DNA of 64,000 nt, from assembly GCA_030526985.1 (NCBI GenBank), contig JAUNBT010000001.1:2838-66837 (forward strand). The letters are read 5' to 3'. This DNA is from Lachnospiraceae bacterium (GTDB lineage Bacteria; Bacillota; Clostridia; Lachnospirales; Lachnospiraceae). A program made the translations under genes and the position numbers. The notes under the pieces are model-generated. The model made no database searches. It saw nothing but the letters and a program-made list of their open reading frames with translations, and had not been told where the DNA came from. Shown in pieces: positions 39,707-50,491 of this stretch (the first letter of the stretch is position 1; the number at the start of each line of letters is the position of its first letter).

Positions 39707-41332
39707 TTATTCCGTAAATCCGGTATCCGCTGATACCCAGTAATAATCGGAAGTATGACTGGTAACTCCTGTCACATCTGCTCTCACTCCAAAGTTCATA
39801 ATTGGATAGCACAGATAGAAGCAGGCTGAATCATCCATTAATATCTGCTCGATCTCTTTTACAATCTCAATTCGCTTATCGGTATCAAATTCAACGCTTA
39901 AGTCTTTCAACAGAGTGTCTACTTCTTCGTTACTGTATCCACTCAGATTGTAATTCGGATTCTCCTCATCATAGCTCATGAAATAAGATCTGAGTCCTGT
40001 TTCCGGATCACCGGAGCTTGCAAGAGAGATGCTCATCATAACCATATCATACTCACCTGTGGTAAGCATATTCCATGCAGATTCCTGATCTACTGTATTT
40101 AATTCAATGTGAATTCCAATTGCCTGACAGTCCGACTGCATTGCCTGACTCAACAGTGGAATCTCAGCGCGGGCATTATAATTGGTAAGTGTTATGGTAA
40201 GCGGTTTTCCATCCGGCTGTTCCCGGTATCCGTCTCCATCCGTATCCACATATCCTGCCTCATCTAATATCTTAGCTGCACCTTCCGGATCATAAGCATT
40301 CACATCATTTAATTCATCATATCCATAAGGAAGCGAAGATGTAAGTGGGGTCTTTCCTGGAACAAACATATCCTGAAGCAGGGAACTACAATAGGTTTCC
40401 CTGTCACATGCCATCATAATTGCCTGTCGCAAATTCTGATCCTTCAGTACACCATTCTGGTTCATAAAGCTAAAAGTCGTTCTCCCACTTGGCGATGTCT
40501 CAAGATAAAAATCATCAGAATTTTCATAATTCCCCACATCCGCTGTATCCAATGAGTATGCCGCATCAATCTCACCTGTCTGTAAGGACAAATTCAAAGT
40601 AGCCGTATCTTTAATAATCTTAAAATCAATTCCGCCTAGTTTTACATCTCCATTCCAATAATTCTCATTTCTCACAACAGAGGTATCACCGGTCGTAACA
40701 TCAAAGCTTTTCACAACAAACGGTCCTGTTCCAACCACGCCGTTATCCGCCGCATTGGTCAAATCCTCTGATGTATCATAGATAACAAATACCGGATCCG
40801 CCAAAAGATAAGGGAGAGTTGGTGTCAGTTCTTTCGTGGTAATCTCAAGAGTCAATCCATCCGCATTGATTGATTCACACTGAAGATAAGTAGAGGCAAT
40901 TGTGGTATCCTTTAAGGTTCTTTCCAGGCACGCCTTTACATCTTCTGCTGTCAGCTCTTTCCCACTTGAGAAAGTAATTCCTTCCCGAAGCTTGAATGTC
41001 CATGTTAGCTGATCCTCCGATAACTCATAATCATCTTCTAACAGCCATCCATAAGGGGTCATATCCTCATTAAATCCCATCAGTGTCTCGCATACACCAT
41101 ATCTTACCAGGTACCAATAATCATACCCGTTTGTCGGGTCTAAGGAAGCAGACGACTGGGGTGTTCCAATTGTCAATATCTTATCCGATTTTACCGCTTC
41201 TTTGCTGGTTGTCTCCTGTACTGCTGTTTCCGTCTCATCTTCGCCCGCACTGTCAGATGAGCAGCCTGTGAATACAAAAGAACAACACAGTACCATCACA
41301 ATCAGCAATGACAGTATCCTTTGTTTCTTCAT
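39707..41332 (-). CDS. ABC transporter substrate-binding lipoprotein (family 5, peptide/nickel type)
   Basis: 541 aa. Lipobox FTGCSS. The body resembles SBP_bac_5 (...LTIGTPQSSASLDP...). Confidence 0.75.
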   Translation of the reverse strand: MKKQRILSLLIVMVLCCSFVFTGCSSDSAGEDETETAVQETTSKEAVKSDKILTIGTPQSSASLDPTNGYDYWYLVRYGVCETLMGFNEDMTPYGWLLEDDYELSEDQLTWTFKLREGITFSSGKELTAEDVKACLERTLKDTTIASTYLQCESINADGLTLEITTKELTPTLPYLLADPVFVIYDTSEDLTNAADNGVVGTGPFVVKSFDVTTGDTSVVRNENYWNGDVKLGGIDFKIIKDTATLNLSLQTGEIDAAYSLDTADVGNYENSDDFYLETSPSGRTTFSFMNQNGVLKDQNLRQAIMMACDRETYCSSLLQDMFVPGKTPLTSSLPYGYDELNDVNAYDPEGAAKILDEAGYVDTDGDGYREQPDGKPLTITLTNYNARAEIPLLSQAMQSDCQAIGIHIELNTVDQESAWNMLTTGEYDMVMMSISLASSGDPETGLRSYFMSYDEENPNYNLSGYSNEEVDTLLKDLSVEFDTDKRIEIVKEIEQILMDDSACFYLCYPIMNFGVRADVTGVTSHTSDYYWVSADTGFTE

Positions 41333-41450
41333 CTCATGTTCCTCCTTGGTTTTTCTTTAGGCAAGCGGATATTTGAACTCCGCTTTACTGCTACCTAAAT
41401 ATTTTAACTTTCAAAATTATTTTACGCAAGGGCAAAAAAGGCATAGCCTT

Positions 41451-42404
41451 TCATGCATGAAACGCATAGTCAGTTAAAAAAATATCGTGAAGCAATTTAC
41501 AAAACTCCTGACAATAGATTGATTTTTCTTCATTTTTCCGGACAATATATCCCATAGAAATCGCTCCATCCTTTGAATCCAGCAAAATAGGGTTGTCAAA
41601 AATGGTATGATCTTGATCATTTCGGATGACTGCGTTTTCGTCCGCATTCATCCAGACATGTCCAAGATAAGCAAAACAGCTGTGATTTAACATCTGGGTC
41701 ATTCCGTATCCGTCATCTACAATAAATGCTTCTCTGAGATTTTTTTCCAGATTATAATATTCCACTGTGTGAATCAAATCATGATAATTTTCCCGATAAT
41801 CGTGATCCACCTTAAAAAACTGCAAATCCTTCAAATCTTCTATATCCGGCTGCCGTTCCTTTAAGATTGGATTCTGCTTTCCAATATATACCGCCGGTCT
41901 GGCATGACAAACCGGAAAAAACTGAAGCTGCCTTTTGTCAAGGATATGCTTCAGTCTTTTTTTCTGTTTTTCTGAACTGTAAATAAATCCGATATCTGCC
42001 GTGTGGTTCTCCACCTCACTTATAATCTTGCTCGTCCCTTCCGACAAAAGCCGCAGCATCACCGGTTTTCCCGTATTCATTACACATAGTTTTGTAAATA
42101 CATAGGAGACATAATTACTGGGAAAGGTCGTTATGGTGAACGTATCCTGAACCGGATTTACATTCTTGCCCAAGTGTTTTAAGGTTGTCAGTATCTGCCT
42201 GGACTTTTGGTAAATCCGTTCTCCTTCTAAAGTAAGATAGATTCCTTTATTATTCCGGATAAACAATTTTGTATTCAATTCTTTTTCTAAATTACGCACA
42301 GTGCGGCTTACATTGGATTGGTTCATAAATAAGATGTCTGCCGCCTTAGTAAAGCTTCCTGTCTGTGCACAGGCAACAAAGCATTCTAACTGTTTAATTT
42401 CCAT
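41451..42404 (-). CDS. LysR family transcriptional regulator
   Basis: MEIKQLECFVACAQTGSFTKAADILFMNQSNVSRTVRNLEKEL is the canonical LysR HTH. Confidence 0.85.
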   Translation of the reverse strand: MEIKQLECFVACAQTGSFTKAADILFMNQSNVSRTVRNLEKELNTKLFIRNNKGIYLTLEGERIYQKSRQILTTLKHLGKNVNPVQDTFTITTFPSNYVSYVFTKLCVMNTGKPVMLRLLSEGTSKIISEVENHTADIGFIYSSEKQKKRLKHILDKRQLQFFPVCHARPAVYIGKQNPILKERQPDIEDLKDLQFFKVDHDYRENYHDLIHTVEYYNLEKNLREAFIVDDGYGMTQMLNHSCFAYLGHVWMNADENAVIRNDQDHTIFDNPILLDSKDGAISMGYIVRKNEEKSIYCQEFCKLLHDIFLTDYAFHA

Positions 42405-42407
42405 CCT

Positions 42408-43652
42408 TTATACCATTCTGTCATCCTGGATAGCCATATGGCGGCGCCGTTTATTCTCTAATTTATCCTGATACATTCTCTCATCTGCCTCGGACAGTAA
42501 AATCTGCAGTGTCCGCTCATCCTCTGCTGTTCTGGCAGATACTCCATAGCTAAAACTCTTGCTTATGGTCTTCTCCTTGTCAAAATAGTTCATTCCGAGA
42601 ATTCTTCTCGTATGTTCTAACAGTCCGGCAAGCTGATCACTTGTCAGATTCTCGCTGACTACGAGGAATTCATCTCCTCCGGTACGACATACCGTACAGC
42701 CCTCGTCTAAATGTTCAAGAATCTCAACAATCTCAATCAGATAATCATCTCCTGCCGCATGACCAAACGTATCATTACAATATTTCAAATAATCTACATC
42801 CACAAAAGCAATGGAAAAATCCTTTCCGCCCTCGTAGATTAAATTCATATATTCCATGGCATAGCTTCGGTTAAATGCCCCTGTCAGACAGTCCTTCATC
42901 GCAAGATTCTCCATCTTCCGCTGAGTTGTCACGTCAGAGAACATATGGGCAATTGCTCCCTGATTCTCCCATATAATATAAATCGAATGTACATGAAAAA
43001 TCTCTGTAACCGGCTCCCCTAACTCATCCGGATGGGTCACTGTATGGGTCCACTGACTATAAGGATTATCCACGCTGCAGCCGCTCTCCCGATTCAGGGT
43101 AAATGCATCATCTACATACTCCTTGATCTGTTCCCTGTACTCCCTTGCCACCTTATTACCAAATAAAACCTCTCCGGTTTCTTCGCCCAATACAACAATA
43201 CGCTCACTCGCACTCTCTGTAAACTGAATAAACAGATTCCGTTCATTCTCTAAGGCCGAAGTCCGTTTGTGAAGTTCCCGAACCATCGCATCGAAATTAC
43301 CTTCTATTAGTTCTTCTTCTCTCTTATAATTACTGCTCTGGTCAATAATCCGCTCAATTTGCTGCGTCATATGTCTTAAAATTGACTGCAGATTAATAAT
43401 ATTATTTGCAAATACATTCTCCGGATCCGGAATCAATGCCCGCTCAATTTTTCCTGCTGCCACTTCTCCCGCAAAACGGTCCGCCTCTAATGCCCATTCT
43501 CCAAGACATTTGACCTTCTCACCTAACTCACGGTATTCTTCCGATAATAAAGCCAGATTAATATCGGCATCCTCCGGGTGAAACAAAACATTGTTTATAT
43601 AATTTACAAGTAAATCCTGTTCTTTCTTCATATATATGCCCTCAATATCCAT
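42408..43652 (-). CDS. Cytoplasmic diguanylate cyclase (GGDEF domain) with an N-terminal sensory region
   Basis: DVDYLKYCNDTFGH and RTGGDEFLVV (GGDEF). Confidence 0.8.
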   Translation of the reverse strand: MDIEGIYMKKEQDLLVNYINNVLFHPEDADINLALLSEEYRELGEKVKCLGEWALEADRFAGEVAAGKIERALIPDPENVFANNIINLQSILRHMTQQIERIIDQSSNYKREEELIEGNFDAMVRELHKRTSALENERNLFIQFTESASERIVVLGEETGEVLFGNKVAREYREQIKEYVDDAFTLNRESGCSVDNPYSQWTHTVTHPDELGEPVTEIFHVHSIYIIWENQGAIAHMFSDVTTQRKMENLAMKDCLTGAFNRSYAMEYMNLIYEGGKDFSIAFVDVDYLKYCNDTFGHAAGDDYLIEIVEILEHLDEGCTVCRTGGDEFLVVSENLTSDQLAGLLEHTRRILGMNYFDKEKTISKSFSYGVSARTAEDERTLQILLSEADERMYQDKLENKRRRHMAIQDDRMV

Positions 43653-43797
43653 TTAAAATAATACTTTTAAACAGCTTTCACTCCCATGCAAATATTTTCA
43701 AGTTCCGCTACTTACTATTATATTGGTTTCATCTGTGATTTGCAACAAGATTGTAAATTTTAATATGCGCATGGTGATTCTTGAGAGCTTCCATTTT

Positions 43798-45126
43798 TTA
43801 TATCCCTTTTTGAATCATTTCATAAATCTGTTCTAAATTAAGACACTCCCGAACAACATCAGCAAGCCGGTCATACTGATTCTCCCGATATTGTGCCAAT
43901 GTAAAATGTTCCATTCTACTGCTGTTTAAACCCTTTTCCTTTAAAATAGACCGGACAATTCGTTTTAGTATCTCCTCATGGGAAAATACTCCCTTTTCCT
44001 TTGTCCCATATACATTTTCTTCCCGTTTCTCATTATTTTCTGTTTCGGATGCATCGGTAAGAAAGCCCATTCCGTGTATCTGTGTACCGTCTGTTCCAAT
44101 CAGCTCTTCCCCTAACATTTGACATCCACTGCAGATACCCAGCACTGGTTTATCCCTGAACACATGCTGCATAATCCTTGTCTCCAAACCATTTCGCCGC
44201 ATCCACAAAAGATCTGCAACAGGATCTGTAGAATGAGGAAGAATCAGAAAATCCGGGTCTCCCACTTCACTCAAACTGGCTGCATAGTGCAGGGAAACTT
44301 CCTCCACACATTCTAACGGATTAAATTCCACATAGCTTTCTATATGAGGAAAATGAATCACGGTAATATCAACCACAGGATTCGAATTTTCTTTTTCATA
44401 CTGTCCATTGAATTCCTCTATATCATCGATGGAAGAATAGAGATAAGGAAAGATGCCAAGAACCGGAACCTGCCCTTTTTGTTCTGTTAGACGAATCATT
44501 GTAAGAAGGCTCTTTCTATCTCCCCGGAATTTATTCAACAAAAATCCTTTCAGACATTTTTTAGCTTCCTCATCGAATAGACCGGCTGTACCTAACAGCT
44601 GGGCCATGGCACCACCTCTGTCCATATCTCCCATCAAAAGCACAGGAGTCTTTGTCCGTTTTGCGATTCCTGCATTCGCCATGTCCTCTCCATCCAAAAT
44701 AAATTCTACCGGGCTTCCAGCCCCTTCCATGATTACAATATCGTACTTTTTTGACAATTCCCCGTAAGAAGATAAAATCGCATCTTCCATGTATTTTCGT
44801 TGTTTTGCATATTCACTGACCGGCATCTGCCCATATACTTCTCCTTTTACGACCACCTGCATTTCAGAAGAATTGACAGCCTTAAAAAGGATGGGATTCA
44901 TAACCGATTCCGGCTGAATTCGGGCTGCTTCTGCCTGAAGCGCCTGCATTTTACTGATTTCTTTTCCGTCATTCGTGATGAAGGTTCTCAAAGCCATGCT
45001 TTTGGGACAAAAAGGTGCTACTTTATACCCATCCTGGCAAAATGCCCTAGATAATCCTGCAATCAGGGTACTTTTTCCCACATTCGCCATCGTTCCCTGA
45101 ATCATCATCGACTTTCCCATATTCAC
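43798..45126 (-). CDS. Cobyric acid synthase-like amidotransferase (CobQ/CbiP family, short form)
   Basis: MIQGTMANVGKSTLIAGL (CobQ N-terminal P-loop), IMEGAGSP, and a GATase-like GICSGCQMLG motif. At 442 aa it is shorter than typical CobQ. Confidence 0.7.
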   Translation of the reverse strand: MNMGKSMMIQGTMANVGKSTLIAGLSRAFCQDGYKVAPFCPKSMALRTFITNDGKEISKMQALQAEAARIQPESVMNPILFKAVNSSEMQVVVKGEVYGQMPVSEYAKQRKYMEDAILSSYGELSKKYDIVIMEGAGSPVEFILDGEDMANAGIAKRTKTPVLLMGDMDRGGAMAQLLGTAGLFDEEAKKCLKGFLLNKFRGDRKSLLTMIRLTEQKGQVPVLGIFPYLYSSIDDIEEFNGQYEKENSNPVVDITVIHFPHIESYVEFNPLECVEEVSLHYAASLSEVGDPDFLILPHSTDPVADLLWMRRNGLETRIMQHVFRDKPVLGICSGCQMLGEELIGTDGTQIHGMGFLTDASETENNEKREENVYGTKEKGVFSHEEILKRIVRSILKEKGLNSSRMEHFTLAQYRENQYDRLADVVRECLNLEQIYEMIQKGI

Positions 45127-45145
45127 CTACCTCCCATACTCTCAC

Positions 45146-46561
45146 TTATTTTTTCTGTTCCATATATTCTTTTAAGGCGGCTCCCAATGCCTGACAACCC
45201 TTCACAATTTCCTCTTCTGTCATAGCATTAAACCCGACCAGAAAAGTATCTTCTCTGGCCCGGTTTTTCTGATAATAGTACTCCTTTGTACCGTATATTC
45301 CTATTGAACGATTTTTCATCCATTCAATCAGCTCATTCTGATTTTTACAATCCGGAATTCTGATTAGAGTATGAACTCCTGCCGGATGCTCAAAAAGTTC
45401 AATATATTTTTTTAAATACTTCTTTAATGCCCCCACCAACACATGATATTTCTGCTCATTTATCAGGGAAATTCGTCGGATATGTTTTTCTAAGGAGCCT
45501 TCCTCAATAAATCGAAACAGCGCTCTTTGGTGATAACTGGGCAAAGCAGAATTAAAATACTGATATACCTCCTGATACCGGGGCAAAAGCTGTTCTGGTA
45601 AAACAAGATAGGCACATCGGATTGACGGCAGCATTACCTTCGATAATGTGCCGGTATAAATGACTCTGTCTTCTTCGTCTAAAGACTGAAAAGACGGGAT
45701 TGGCACCACACCGTACCGGAATTCACTGTCATAATCATTTTCAATGATATAAGCATCATTTTCTCTGGACCAGTCAAGAATTCTTTTTCTCTTTTTTACA
45801 CTGGTCACTGTTCCGGTAGGAAACTGATGAGAAGGAGTCATATAAACTAAGTTACAATTTGTATTTTCTAAAAGTTCAGCATCGATTCCGTCGTCCAATA
45901 CCGGAATAGATGTGATACTGTATCCTTTATTAATAAAAATATTTCTCATGGCATCATAGCCCGGCTCTTCATAAGCTAAACGATACTGATTCGCCGGAAG
46001 CAGCGTTGTGATAATATCCACTGCAAACTGGGTTCCCGGACACATAATAACCTGCTCCGGTTTACATTTTACACCTCTGTGCTTATTTAAAAAACTGCAC
46101 AGACTTTTTCTTAACTCTTCATTTCCTTTATTGCATTCATATGGAATTGTCTGCATGCTTTCTTCGTCAAGCAATGCTTCCTGTATGCATTTTTTCCATT
46201 TATTCCAGGGAAATACACTGGTATCGATACTGGAATATAAAAAATCATATTTGTTATAAAACTCTTCTGATGGTTCTTTTTTAGAGAAATGTTTCTTCCG
46301 GCTGTTTTGTTCAAAATAGTCCTTCGTAATATCTTCTACATAATAACCGGAACCAGGAACAGAACGGATATAGCCTTCCGCCAAAAGCTGCTGATAAGCC
46401 CGATCCACCGTATTTTTGCTAATCTGAAGCTCTTTTGCTAAAATGCGGACAGAGCTTAAAACTGTATTTTGAGGTAATTTTCCAGTGACGATTTCTTCCT
46501 TCAATTCTTCATACAATTGTTCATATAACGGTTTGTTAATATTTTTATCTAAATAAACCAT
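45146..46561 (-). CDS. MocR-type regulator (GntR wHTH fused to a PLP aminotransferase-like domain)
   Basis: N-terminus LSSVRILAKELQISKNTVDRAYQQLLAEGYI. The roughly 350-aa C-terminus has a fold-type I aminotransferase pattern (...TGTLSKVMLPSIRCAY...). Confidence 0.8.
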   Translation of the reverse strand: MVYLDKNINKPLYEQLYEELKEEIVTGKLPQNTVLSSVRILAKELQISKNTVDRAYQQLLAEGYIRSVPGSGYYVEDITKDYFEQNSRKKHFSKKEPSEEFYNKYDFLYSSIDTSVFPWNKWKKCIQEALLDEESMQTIPYECNKGNEELRKSLCSFLNKHRGVKCKPEQVIMCPGTQFAVDIITTLLPANQYRLAYEEPGYDAMRNIFINKGYSITSIPVLDDGIDAELLENTNCNLVYMTPSHQFPTGTVTSVKKRKRILDWSRENDAYIIENDYDSEFRYGVVPIPSFQSLDEEDRVIYTGTLSKVMLPSIRCAYLVLPEQLLPRYQEVYQYFNSALPSYHQRALFRFIEEGSLEKHIRRISLINEQKYHVLVGALKKYLKKYIELFEHPAGVHTLIRIPDCKNQNELIEWMKNRSIGIYGTKEYYYQKNRAREDTFLVGFNAMTEEEIVKGCQALGAALKEYMEQKK

Positions 46562-46576
46562 TCTTTATCCACTCCA

Positions 46577-47281
46577 TTACCCAACCCACCTTGCGGCATA
46601 ATTTTTGCAATATTCACAGTTCTTATGTCCGGACAGACACTCACTGCAGTTCATTGACGACAGAACCATCTCCTGATCTAGAAGAAGGAAAATGCCGACA
46701 AAGCTTTTGACTGGATTCATCATCCCACTCTCTAAAAGTTCTAAGTCAATCTTTTTGTGATCCATAAATCGAAAGAATGTCCGCACCTTCGAAGATGCTA
46801 TGCCAAACATACCCGGTGCAAGCGTATCTGTAATATACAGTTCCTTTTTGTACTCTTTCTTTGCTTTTTTTAGCAGCAGTTCTCTTAGCACATCCCTTCC
46901 GGCATCCACAAAGCTTGTCTGCCAGGAATCAGCCAGATACATTTCACTGACCGGATAGGACGAAAGATCCGGCATCGGTGCATGAAACATAAATACATAT
47001 CCGCCCAGGACACTTTCTAAGTCCACTTTACTTAATATATTACATTCAATTTTATAATTTTCAAGAAGAAAATGGTCTTCTTTCACACATTCTTTTGTAA
47101 AAGGACGAAGTAAAAAATCCATCTTTGTGCCGTCAAATATCTTTTTCCTAACTTTCATCGCATTGTCCCGGATTTTTTTTGCCCCTTTGGTATCCCGGTC
47201 AAATCCGCACATCACTGCCATATACTGTTCTGAAAGGTCGTATAACTTCTCCGTCTCTATTGTCAAAATTTCATCTGGCAT
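46577..47281 (-). CDS. Methionine-synthase activation-domain-like protein with a C-terminal CX2CX6CX2C motif
   Basis: 234 aa. ...LAPGMFGI.......F.....IDLELLESGMMNPVKSF.GI... resembles stand-alone MetH activation (Met_synt_B12-like) proteins of Clostridia. The tail reads CSECLSGHKNCEYC. Confidence 0.5.
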   Translation of the reverse strand: MPDEILTIETEKLYDLSEQYMAVMCGFDRDTKGAKKIRDNAMKVRKKIFDGTKMDFLLRPFTKECVKEDHFLLENYKIECNILSKVDLESVLGGYVFMFHAPMPDLSSYPVSEMYLADSWQTSFVDAGRDVLRELLLKKAKKEYKKELYITDTLAPGMFGIASSKVRTFFRFMDHKKIDLELLESGMMNPVKSFVGIFLLLDQEMVLSSMNCSECLSGHKNCEYCKNYAARWVG

Positions 47282-47289
47282 TTTCTCTC

Positions 47290-48330
47290 CTAATATTTTC
47301 CGTATGTATTCGCTTCCTCCACCATAACTCTGGCAAAATGATCATCCATCAGTGCCGGATATTCACAGCCGGTGGCAAGGATGAATCCGCCATCCTTTTT
47401 GTAGGCATCGATCTGTTCCCGGCAGAGTTTTCTCAGTCTTTCATCATCGGCCACCATTAAAAATCCCGGGTCGATATGTCCAATAATCGTTGTCTGGCTT
47501 CCGTATTTTTCTTTTAATTCCTCCATAGTCCCACAGTCTGGTGGAAGATAAAGCATGGAAATCGCTTCCGGATGCATCCTTGCAATCTGCTCTTTAAAAT
47601 AAATACCGTCTCCGCAGTTGTGAATCATAAATGCTTTTCCCTGACGATGGACATTTTCAGCCAGCCTCTGTAAGGCTGCTCCCTCAAACTCATCCCACAT
47701 AGATGCTCTCATAATTGTTTTGGAAGAATATAAAGTATCGTACATAATACCATCGGCACCCGCTTCAATGAGGGCATTACTGTACTCAATCAAAACATCT
47801 GTAACAACATTGATTTTTTCTTTGACTTTGTCCTTCATTTTTTTCTTCATACAGTGCATCATAAGTCCCTCTAAGCCGGTCATCATACTCAATATCCCCA
47901 TCGGTCCAAATACAAAGGCAATAATCGGATACTCTTTTCCCTTTTTCTCAACCAGAATCTTTGTAAGCTCAATCATTTTACTCATCCGCTCTGTTTTTCT
48001 CGGATTAATTGGAACGACCTTTTCGTAATCTTCCAATGTTTTGATAAAAGTATCACCGGAAGGCATCACCGCTTTATCTGGATAGTAGGTAATATCCATT
48101 CCCCAGTCTGCAGCCTCCACAGATAAATCCACTAAAGTTACGATCACATCTAATCCCAAATCTTCTGTTGTCTTAATAATCGCATCTGCACATTTTTCAG
48201 GATCCTTTGTCCACTCATCATAACCAATTCCATATTTTCTCCATGAAATACTGTTGCAAATCGGGTAAACAGGAACTCTGTCTGCCTCCTCATGGTTTAA
48301 TATTTTCATTACTCTTTCCCTTGCATTCAT
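47290..48330 (-). CDS. Uroporphyrinogen decarboxylase (URO-D) family methyltransferase (MtaA/MtbA/CmuA-like)
   Basis: 346 aa. MNARERVMKILNHEEADRVPVYP and the overall length are typical of the corrinoid-dependent MT2/URO-D family. It ends in TAG. Confidence 0.7.
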   Translation of the reverse strand: MNARERVMKILNHEEADRVPVYPICNSISWRKYGIGYDEWTKDPEKCADAIIKTTEDLGLDVIVTLVDLSVEAADWGMDITYYPDKAVMPSGDTFIKTLEDYEKVVPINPRKTERMSKMIELTKILVEKKGKEYPIIAFVFGPMGILSMMTGLEGLMMHCMKKKMKDKVKEKINVVTDVLIEYSNALIEAGADGIMYDTLYSSKTIMRASMWDEFEGAALQRLAENVHRQGKAFMIHNCGDGIYFKEQIARMHPEAISMLYLPPDCGTMEELKEKYGSQTTIIGHIDPGFLMVADDERLRKLCREQIDAYKKDGGFILATGCEYPALMDDHFARVMVEEANTYGKY

Positions 48331-48493
48331 GTCTAATCCCTCCTGGATGTGTAATCAACCTTGCTGTTGTATAACTATATTTATACTATCTGTCTCTTTT
48401 TTCGGAAAGTGTCAATTATGAAAAAAAAGAATGGGACAATTTTTTTCACACAGGCAGTAAAGCTGCAAAATCACTTTCATCTATCCACCTTTT

Positions 48494-50470
48494 TCAGATT
48501 CCGCAGTATGCCGTTACCGTCACTCTTCCACCTAACAGCAGACTTTTGCCGCCTGTATTGGATTGAAACTGATCTACATTCTGAAAGAAGGTCACTTCAC
48601 CCCTTCCCCCTCTTTCCTTTAACTTTTCTTCTGCCGTTTTTTCTAAATATTTTGTCACAATCTCAACAGCCTCTTCAAAGTCTTCCACGATTTTTTTCTC
48701 TCCTGAAAGAAAGAATCGGAAACCTTCTTTTTCCTTCTCACTTCCAAAACTAAGCTCGATTGCATCTGTCACTGCTATTCTTCCAGCCAGTGTGCCAACT
48801 GCATTCGCCGCCATAGAATATGGAGGGATGCATACTTTTGCCGACAGTTTTTTTCCCACTTTCTCCATAAAAATGTGGGCCGGTCCTCCAACTCCGACTA
48901 TGGAAAGCTTACTGAAAAATCCGGGAACAATCAACTCAGACTGATTTTCTTCGCTTGCATATTCAATGAAACGGGACAGTTCCTCCGGAATTCCGTTTTG
49001 ATAAAGTTTCGTCCCTTTTTCCAAAAGGACCCGGACAATATTACAGTAAAGTTTTCTTTCCACAAGAGCATAAATTTCATCCGCTATTTCGTTTTCTGTC
49101 CGCTCTTCAAGCTTAGCCAAAAACCGGAGTACAATCCGGGAAGCCTCCCCATCAAATCCATTGTAATCCCCTTTTACATGCATGGCATCTGTGGGCGTGA
49201 TACCAAACCGTAAAAGAACCCCTTCTTTTTCCAACTGTTTTACAGTATCCTCCAGATAGTATCTTCCACAAAGATGGGCTGCTTCCTCGTAAAGAATGGG
49301 GCCATCCTTTAACCTTTCTATCAGTGCAAGCTGTTTTTCGTCGTAATAAGCCGCATTCCTGCTTTCATCCTGGAGGACAAATCCCTCAAAGACAAAACCT
49401 TTCCCCAACTTTTTTACAAGCGGAAGCTGTTTTAATTTCTCCAAAAGCTCCGGATAGCAGGCCGCCGCCATAGCAACCGGCATGACACGAAAATTTTCCA
49501 GGTACAGTCCTTTCTCGTTATATCTGATACAGCTGTCACCGCCCAGGCCAACGGTATCGATATAGAGACCTTTTACAAAGGTTTTCCAGCCATTCATTCG
49601 AATCCCATCTTTTACTGTGACCGCCATCCCATTTCGCAGAAGAGCCATATCCGTCGTGGTGCCGCCGATATCAACAATCAGGGCATCTTTTTCTTTCGAC
49701 AAAAAACTTCCTCCCACCGCACTAGCCGCCGGACCACACAAAAGAGTTTCTACCGGATGGTTTTTTGTAAATGTCTCATTCATCAATGTTCCATCGCTTC
49801 TCACCACATAAATCGGAAGATTTAAGCCTTTCCTTTTTAACACACATTTGACTGCGCACAAAAACTGGTCAATCAGTGGAATCAAACGGATATTTAGATA
49901 AGTACCGGCTCCCCGCATGATTGCATTTACATCAGAAAACAGAAAACTTCCACAGATCACTGGGACAGAATATCTCTTTTCAAACCGTTCTTTTGCCTGT
50001 CTTTCATAGGCCCCGTCGTTCCATTCAGGAAAATACTGCACAATTCCAATCGCTTCTGCCTCTTTAAATTCGTCCATCATCCCTTCTAGTTTCTCCCAGT
50101 CAGGCTCTACCGGTCTGCAAAATCCACCCTCCGGCACACCATCTATAAAATAGAGGTCGTCCATACCGTCAAAACCATATTGTTTGTAATGCCTTTTTAC
50201 GATTTCTTCTTTCACGCCGATAAATAAAAGCTTGACCCGTCCACCTTTATTTTCCACACACGCATTGGTAGCAAGGGTAGTAGAAAGGGAGACAAAGGAA
50301 ACTTCCCTTAATTTTTCTTTTTCCAAAAGATTTAGAGCCTTTTCGATTCCGGTTTCAAGATGTCCTTTTGTCGTCAGCGTTTTTCCGGTAGATAACACCT
50401 GCTGGCTGTCAAAATCATAGATTACCGCATCTGTACAGGTCCCTCCTGTATCAATTCCCAGTCCAATCAT
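48494..50470 (-). CDS. Hydantoinase/oxoprolinase-family (ASKHA-fold) ATPase
   Basis: 658 aa. N-terminus MIGLGIDTGGTCTDAVIYDF and an internal IVDIGGTTTDMAL are the two phosphate-binding motifs of hydantoinase A-type proteins. Its start lies 21 nt after the pylSc stop. Confidence 0.7.
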   Translation of the reverse strand: MIGLGIDTGGTCTDAVIYDFDSQQVLSTGKTLTTKGHLETGIEKALNLLEKEKLREVSFVSLSTTLATNACVENKGGRVKLLFIGVKEEIVKRHYKQYGFDGMDDLYFIDGVPEGGFCRPVEPDWEKLEGMMDEFKEAEAIGIVQYFPEWNDGAYERQAKERFEKRYSVPVICGSFLFSDVNAIMRGAGTYLNIRLIPLIDQFLCAVKCVLKRKGLNLPIYVVRSDGTLMNETFTKNHPVETLLCGPAASAVGGSFLSKEKDALIVDIGGTTTDMALLRNGMAVTVKDGIRMNGWKTFVKGLYIDTVGLGGDSCIRYNEKGLYLENFRVMPVAMAAACYPELLEKLKQLPLVKKLGKGFVFEGFVLQDESRNAAYYDEKQLALIERLKDGPILYEEAAHLCGRYYLEDTVKQLEKEGVLLRFGITPTDAMHVKGDYNGFDGEASRIVLRFLAKLEERTENEIADEIYALVERKLYCNIVRVLLEKGTKLYQNGIPEELSRFIEYASEENQSELIVPGFFSKLSIVGVGGPAHIFMEKVGKKLSAKVCIPPYSMAANAVGTLAGRIAVTDAIELSFGSEKEKEGFRFFLSGEKKIVEDFEEAVEIVTKYLEKTAEEKLKERGGRGEVTFFQNVDQFQSNTGGKSLLLGGRVTVTAYCGI

Positions 50471-50491
50471 ACTCTTTTGTTCTCCTTTTAC

